Assembly: GCA_038127595.1 (NCBI GenBank)
Contig: JAYPIC010000002.1
Location: 1-62,353 of the forward strand
Direction: 5' to 3'
From: a bacterium
GTDB lineage: Bacteria; Fidelibacterota; Marinisomatia; Marinisomatales; UBA1611
DNA length: 62,353 bases
In this document: positions 57,858 to 62,353 of the stretch, in pieces
How the letters are laid out: every line of letters starts with the position of its first letter
How positions within the stretch are numbered: position 1 is the first letter of the stretch
Program-made: the position numbers and the translations under genes
Notes under the pieces: model-generated
Seen by the model: only the letters and a program-made list of their open reading frames with translations
Databases searched by the model: none
What the model was told of the DNA's origin: nothing

Positions 57858-57869
57858 CTATTAGAATAA

Positions 57870-58334
57870 TTATTCTGATATCAAATTATTATATATTTTT
57901 TTTAAAACAATTTTAAATGTTTCAACTTCTTTGCTGTTTATGCCACTAAGAACTTCATTCCTAGTTTGCTCAATTACGGGCATTACATTCTTCATTAAAT
58001 CTTTTCCTTTATTACTAAGAACTACTCTTTTTATTCTTTGATCAATTTGATCAGAGTATCGTACCAATAAATTTTTCTTTTCTAATGTATCAATTATCTT
58101 CGTTACACTCGTTTTATCCTTGCCACAGTATTCAGCTATTTCTTTTTGAGATATACCCTTCTGTTTCCATATTGGACCTAAAACTATCCATTGGTCTTGA
58201 GTTATATCCATGCCAAGCTTGTGAGCATTTTGACTAAATTTTTTTGTGCACAATCGATCGACTTGAGACATCAACATGCCAATGTCAATTTCACTTTTCA
58301 AGTTTTGACTATTAGACATATAAAAAATTACCAA
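57870..58334 (-). CDS. MarR family transcriptional regulator
   Basis: 154 aa winged-HTH protein (GISQKEIAEYCGKDKTSVTKIIDTLEKKNLLVRYSDQIDQRIKRVVLSNKG), heading the efflux operon. Confidence 0.88.
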   Translation of the reverse strand: MVIFYMSNSQNLKSEIDIGMLMSQVDRLCTKKFSQNAHKLGMDITQDQWIVLGPIWKQKGISQKEIAEYCGKDKTSVTKIIDTLEKKNLLVRYSDQIDQRIKRVVLSNKGKDLMKNVMPVIEQTRNEVLSGINSKEVETFKIVLKKIYNNLISE

Positions 58335-58350
58335 TATTTTAGTTGCACAT

Positions 58351-59703
58351 TCAACTATTAATTAGATTATTTTCAATATATGTTTGCACATTGAATTTTC
58401 TTTTGCATCCATTGTAATTCATAAAGCGGATCTTACCAAATACAGGCCTCTCAAACCATGCTCTATCATGAATGCCGCCTATACTCCATGCAATTCCAGT
58501 ATAGCCATTTGGATCTCTGCCATCTATTTGGTATTTATCATTAAGCTCTATGGCAGTTTGTTGGGCAATTTCTGGGCTGGGGCTCCATTCTAATATCTTC
58601 TTTGCCCAATACATTCTCATAAATCCATGCATTTTACCTTTTATCTTCATTTCATCTTGAGCAGCATTCCATAGGTCATCGTGAGTTTCACTATATTCAA
58701 ATTCTTCTGGAGAATATACAAATTCCCTCTCATCGTTTCTGTGCTCATTCAGCGTCTTCTGAGCCCAGGCATGAAAACCTTCAAATTGGTCATAATTTTT
58801 CTCATAGTGGCAAAAATTATCAGCTAGTTCTCTTCTAACAATCATCTCTTCAAGGTATGCGTCCTTGTCTTCAGGTGGCAAATTTGAATTTTTTATTTCT
58901 AGAGCTACTCTCTGTGGAGCAATATGACCATAATGAAAGAAAGGGCTCATGTTTGAAAGTTTGTCCAAATTTGGATCATTTCTTTGTTCATTATAATTGA
59001 CCAAACCTGATTTTATTTTTTTTAATAACTCCTGAGCGCTTTTTTCACCAGGATTTATCCAATCTAATGACCTAACACTTTTATCAAGTCTCAAAGAGCT
59101 CAAAGCATTATCCCAATTAATTTTATTTTGGGTGGCATTCAAGATATATGGATGTTTTGTCACTTTCGGCATATCAGTAAGGTAATCAGGTAGTAGTCTT
59201 TTTATTTTTGGTCTTATTGTATAAGCAGCAAATTCTTTTTTTTCTGAAGCTTGCCATACAGGAACAATATTATGAGCATCAACTTGAGATATAGGAATAG
59301 CTGTTTTCTGTAAAACTTTATTTAAACGATTTTTATATACTCTTAATGGGCTGAAATCGACAACTAAATGACCGACTTTATATTTATCTATGAATTTTGG
59401 AATAGCCTGGTCACTCTTACCTTGTAGTAAATGAAACTGAATGTTTAATTTACTTAAAGAGGATTGGACTTCTTTTAGACCATCAAACAAAAACTGATAA
59501 TGCCTAATATTTGCTTGGGAATATTTATTGTAGTAATTAAAACAGACTATTAATGGAACATTATTTTTGAGAGCAATTTTTTGGGCTTCAAGAAGTGCCC
59601 AGTTATCGTTTGCTCTCTTGTCTCTTACCATCCAATAAAGGACAGACTTACCGTTAAATACTCCATTTTTTAAATGGCGTGTTCTATCAGAGGAGTTAGT
59701 CAT
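58351..59703 (-). CDS. class II CPD deoxyribodipyrimidine photolyase
   Basis: 450 aa. Class II-specific blocks: VLYWMVRDKRANDNWAL, SNMSPFFHYGHIAPQRVAL, GKMHGFMRMYWAKKILEWS, DGRDPNGYTGIAWSIGGIHDRAW, GCKRKF. Confidence 0.92.
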   Translation of the reverse strand: MTNSSDRTRHLKNGVFNGKSVLYWMVRDKRANDNWALLEAQKIALKNNVPLIVCFNYYNKYSQANIRHYQFLFDGLKEVQSSLSKLNIQFHLLQGKSDQAIPKFIDKYKVGHLVVDFSPLRVYKNRLNKVLQKTAIPISQVDAHNIVPVWQASEKKEFAAYTIRPKIKRLLPDYLTDMPKVTKHPYILNATQNKINWDNALSSLRLDKSVRSLDWINPGEKSAQELLKKIKSGLVNYNEQRNDPNLDKLSNMSPFFHYGHIAPQRVALEIKNSNLPPEDKDAYLEEMIVRRELADNFCHYEKNYDQFEGFHAWAQKTLNEHRNDEREFVYSPEEFEYSETHDDLWNAAQDEMKIKGKMHGFMRMYWAKKILEWSPSPEIAQQTAIELNDKYQIDGRDPNGYTGIAWSIGGIHDRAWFERPVFGKIRFMNYNGCKRKFNVQTYIENNLINS

Positions 59704-59717
59704 AATTGACTAATAAA

Positions 59718-60665
59718 CTAAACTAAATTATTTAGTTCTTTAAAAGTGACGAAAGTTTTATCAATAGTATCAGAGATATCTGGTAAAAGTTCTATTCCAA
59801 GTCCGCCAAAAATAACATCAACATTTAAATCAGAAGCTGTTTTGAAAATTGAAGAGACTTGATCAGCTGTTTTTGAAATATTGTCTCCTACGACAGACAT
59901 GCAACACTGCATATTGCAAAGGTAGAAAACAATGAGATCAATTTTTTTATTTTTTATTACTTTATTAAGGTCTCCAAGTTCAGCATGGGACCCTGTATTG
60001 TATACATTATAACCTTTGTGTCTAAGAATTACCTCAGACATTACTACCCCTAAATCTGGAAGATTATCTTCGAAGTTTACACACAATGCAGACTTACCAT
60101 TAAATGAGCCATTTGGCTTGTTATCATTTAAAGCTTCAGTAGCTCTAGTAATAATTTTTCTACTTATAAAAGCCTCTGCATGAGAGAGGTATTGCTCATG
60201 AAGAGCTTTTTCTACAATCATACTACCTGGATCGATAATTTTATCAAACAAAGTCTCAACATCAATATTATTCATGTAAGATCCAGAAATTATTGTTTTG
60301 ACTGTCGTTTCATCTGACTCAATACTTGCATCTGCTAATTTGTAACTCAGTTCAGAATAACTGGCTTTTTTGATTAATTCATATATTTTTTTATGTTCAA
60401 ACTTTGCTAGCGAGACATCAGTGCTTTTAGAAGCTTTTTTGTTCGACTTATAATATTCGCGAACATTCTGCATAGTAAACTTTCTATGACCGCCTGGAGT
60501 TTTATGGCAATTGATAGTGCCGTTGTCAGTCCACCTCTTTAGAGTAGATATGTTTACGCCCAAAATATCGGAAACTTCTTTAGAATTAAGATACTTCATT
60601 AACACATAGTACATATAAAAGGCACAAAAAATAAAGTATTTTTTGAGCGTTTTGAACTTTTCCAA
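59718..60665 (-). CDS. HTH (MerR/excisionase-type) regulator with B12-binding-domain-like C-terminus lacking the cobalamin His motifs
   Basis: HTH segment LNSKEVSDILGVNISTLKRWTDNG ... GGHRKF. The C-terminal Rossmann-like segment KSALCVNFEDNLPDLGVVMSEVILRHKGYNVYNTGSHAELGDLNKVIKNKKIDLIVF has B12-binding-domain topology, but no His sits where DxHxxG would be. The likely start is M23 (60599), because the first 22 codons are hydrophobic junk. Confidence 0.55.
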   Translation of the reverse strand: MEKFKTLKKYFIFCAFYMYYVLMKYLNSKEVSDILGVNISTLKRWTDNGTINCHKTPGGHRKFTMQNVREYYKSNKKASKSTDVSLAKFEHKKIYELIKKASYSELSYKLADASIESDETTVKTIISGSYMNNIDVETLFDKIIDPGSMIVEKALHEQYLSHAEAFISRKIITRATEALNDNKPNGSFNGKSALCVNFEDNLPDLGVVMSEVILRHKGYNVYNTGSHAELGDLNKVIKNKKIDLIVFYLCNMQCCMSVVGDNISKTADQVSSIFKTASDLNVDVIFGGLGIELLPDISDTIDKTFVTFKELNNLV

Positions 60666-60712
60666 ATAAATAAGTATTTGAAATCTTAACCATATAGTAT
60701 ATAAAATTAAAT

Positions 60713-61204
60713 ATGAAAAATATATATTACATGCTTACAATAGTTTTTGTTGTTGTTCTAAATGGTGAAGAAAGATATAATAACGCAATTCCTCATTATG
60801 TTTGGGACTCTGACTCATCAAATGTTGGCCAAACAGAAATTTGGTTTCAAGATTGGACGGATTATACAAGATTATTCGTTAAATCTATCAGAGATACTTC
60901 TTCAATAGAAAAACATCCATATGCCAAAACAGATTTCAAAGATGAATATAAGAACGCCCGTGAATACAAAAAGCCTAACTATATACAATTATTAGGAAAT
61001 ATTAAATGGATTGAGCCTCAAAACTGGTCTGAAGATAATGTTAATGCGTTCAAATGGTATGTTGATAGAGATCAAAATTGGACTTATACTAATAAAACTT
61101 TATCTGGTGAAGCCAAGATCTCACAAAATAAGCTTCATTTAACCATTAAAGATTACGATAATGTAATTATTGATGTTGTTTCTAGATATAGAAAATATAA
61201 ATGA
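60713..61204 (+). CDS. hypothetical exported protein (163 aa)
   Basis: N-terminal hydrophobic signal (MLTIVFVVVLNG). Trp/Tyr-rich, no recognised domain. Transcribed divergently from the regulator. Confidence 0.55.
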   Translation: MKNIYYMLTIVFVVVLNGEERYNNAIPHYVWDSDSSNVGQTEIWFQDWTDYTRLFVKSIRDTSSIEKHPYAKTDFKDEYKNAREYKKPNYIQLLGNIKWIEPQNWSEDNVNAFKWYVDRDQNWTYTNKTLSGEAKISQNKLHLTIKDYDNVIIDVVSRYRKYK

Positions 61205-61335
61205 AGCAAAGCAGAAAATTAACATTCATTATAAAATATTTTTTTTCAATATTTTTTAAATGGTCTGTGGTTGCTGCGATTTTGATTGGGACAATCGTTT
61301 TACCATTCTATATAATTAATTTCTTTTCAAAATAG
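61201..61335 (+). CDS. possible small membrane protein (44 aa), absent from the ORF track
   Basis: My translation is MKQSRKLTFIIKYFFSIFFKWSVVAAILIGTIVLPFYIINFFSK. The ATG at 61201 forms an ATGA overlap with the preceding stop (TGA 61202..61204). One or two hydrophobic helices. Could be spurious in AT-rich DNA. Confidence 0.3.
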   Translation: MKQSRKLTFIIKYFFSIFFKWSVVAAILIGTIVLPFYIINFFSK

Positions 61336-62353
61336 ACCATTTACAAAATCCTCTGCTTTTCTCTTAAGCTCATTTTGTATTGATATGTCTTTCTTGTCAT
61401 ACATAGCTACCATCATATTCATCCTGGGATTCTTTTTAAAGAATTCTCTATTTCTATTTACAAATGACCAATACAAAGAATCCCAAACACCACACCAATC
61501 ACCTTTCTTGTAATCACTCATTTTTAAAATATAATTACTACCGCTGATGTAAGGCTTTGTAGCTAACAACCCTCCATCTGAAAACTGACTCATTCCATAT
61601 ACATTTGGTACCATTACCCAATCATATGAATCAATAAACATCTCCATAAACCATTTATAAGCAGAATTAGGCTTGATACCAATTAGTAACATTAAATTAC
61701 CTAAAATCATTAAACGTTCTATATGGTGCGCATAACCAGTTTTTAAGCATTTTTTTATAGTATCATCTAAAGGTTCTAATCCAGTCGTTCCATCATAAAA
61801 AGATTTAGGCATTGGTTTATCATAATTCCAGAAATTTGAATTTCGTTGCTTTACTCCATCTGCAACGTAAATACCTCGCATAAATTCTCTCCAGCCAATC
61901 ACCTGTCTTACAAACCCTTCTATAGAATTTAGAGGGACTGAATTGTTAGAGGAAAAGTCAAGTATCCCCTTAATGACTTCATCAGGAGTAATAAGACCTA
62001 TATTTAAGTAAGGCGTGATAACACTATGGAATAGTGTAGACTCACTTTTTACAATTGCATCTTCATATGCTCCAAAATTGGCCAGCCTTTGCTCAAGAAA
62101 TAAATGAAAAGATTCAAAAGCCTGCTTCCTGGTAACTGGATAATTGAATGCATCCATTATTCCAGGATTTAAACTATATCTTGATAAAATATGATTTTTA
62201 TGTTTGACAAAGATATCATCCTGGTAGTCTATAGCAGGAATTTCAGGTGCCTCCATATTCTTTGGAAAACGTTTCCTATTTTCATGATCGAAACTCCACT
62301 TTTCTCCAATCGGAGAACCATCATCATTCATTAAAATATTATAGCGCTTACGC
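61327..62353 (-). CDS. cryptochrome/photolyase family protein of the PhrB/CryB (COG3046, FeS-BCP-like) type, 5'-truncated by the window edge
   Basis: The reading frame stays open upstream of the listed Met to the window end (..RKRYNILMNDDGSPIGEKWSFDHENRK). Family blocks: GYAHHIERLMILGN, DSYDWVMVPNVYGMSQF, KPYISGSNYILKMSDY, LYWSFVNRNREFF. Confidence 0.8.
   Translation of the reverse strand, partial: RKRYNILMNDDGSPIGEKWSFDHENRKRFPKNMEAPEIPAIDYQDDIFVKHKNHILSRYSLNPGIMDAFNYPVTRKQAFESFHLFLEQRLANFGAYEDAIVKSESTLFHSVITPYLNIGLITPDEVIKGILDFSSNNSVPLNSIEGFVRQVIGWREFMRGIYVADGVKQRNSNFWNYDKPMPKSFYDGTTGLEPLDDTIKKCLKTGYAHHIERLMILGNLMLLIGIKPNSAYKWFMEMFIDSYDWVMVPNVYGMSQFSDGGLLATKPYISGSNYILKMSDYKKGDWCGVWDSLYWSFVNRNREFFKKNPRMNMMVAMYDKKDISIQNELKRKAEDFVNGLF

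Noticed and set aside
1-62353. A scan for CRISPR arrays, long direct or inverted repeats, IS elements, toxin-antitoxin pairs and known defence-system gene signatures.
   Set aside because: None were seen by eye. The only repeats found are intragenic protein-module repeats and paralogous gene pairs. A computational repeat search could still reveal short dispersed repeats that I cannot detect manually.

Overview
This is a visibly AT-rich, almost fully coding 62.4 kb chromosomal window. I call 56 protein genes, 47 of them on the minus strand, usually with gaps under 20 bp or small overlaps, plus two tRNAs: Val-TAC at 10..83 (-) and Glu-TTC at 45474..45545 (+). I saw no rRNA, CRISPR array, transposase, integrase or recognisable defence system.

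Gene content points to an uncultured marine bacterium of the FCB group (Bacteroidota or Marinimicrobia-like); this is an inference. The supporting features are T9SS-type C-terminal sorting domains (..YPNPFN..), CarboxypepD_reg-type TonB-dependent receptors paired with DUF4249-like lipoproteins, a fused E1 alpha/beta 2-oxoacid dehydrogenase and a class II photolyase.

Housekeeping blocks:
- lon
- lipB, E1(alpha/beta), E2, lipA
- folE, yhhQ-like, queD
- a eukaryote-type citrate synthase
- xth
- a MarR / TolC-like / adaptor / RND efflux operon

Accessory content worth a second look:
1. A Bcp/PrxQ peroxiredoxin whose peroxidatic Cys codon is an in-frame TGA. It is a probable selenoprotein that the ORF track splits in two, and a small hairpin lies 11 nt downstream of the TGA.
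2. A plus-strand cluster of GH99, myo-inositol-1-phosphate synthase, a nucleotidyltransferase and a TagF-like phosphotransferase. It suggests a CDP-inositol-dependent phospho-inositol glycopolymer or decoration.
3. A second envelope locus: MsbA-like exporter, two TagF-like genes, a GT9 heptosyltransferase and a nucleotidyltransferase.
4. A homologue of the phage thymidine-hypermodification enzyme family (aGPT-Pplase-like), whose coding sequence overlaps that of an Old Yellow Enzyme flavoprotein.
5. A light/UV cluster in which an HTH regulator with a B12-binding-like domain lacking the cobalamin His motifs sits between a class II photolyase and a PhrB/CryB-type gene. That gene appears to lack the CxxC pair of the Fe-S site.
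6. A class III nucleotide cyclase with three tandem PAS-like FPDQNPNPV modules.

All family calls rest on motifs read from the supplied translations. No database search was run.
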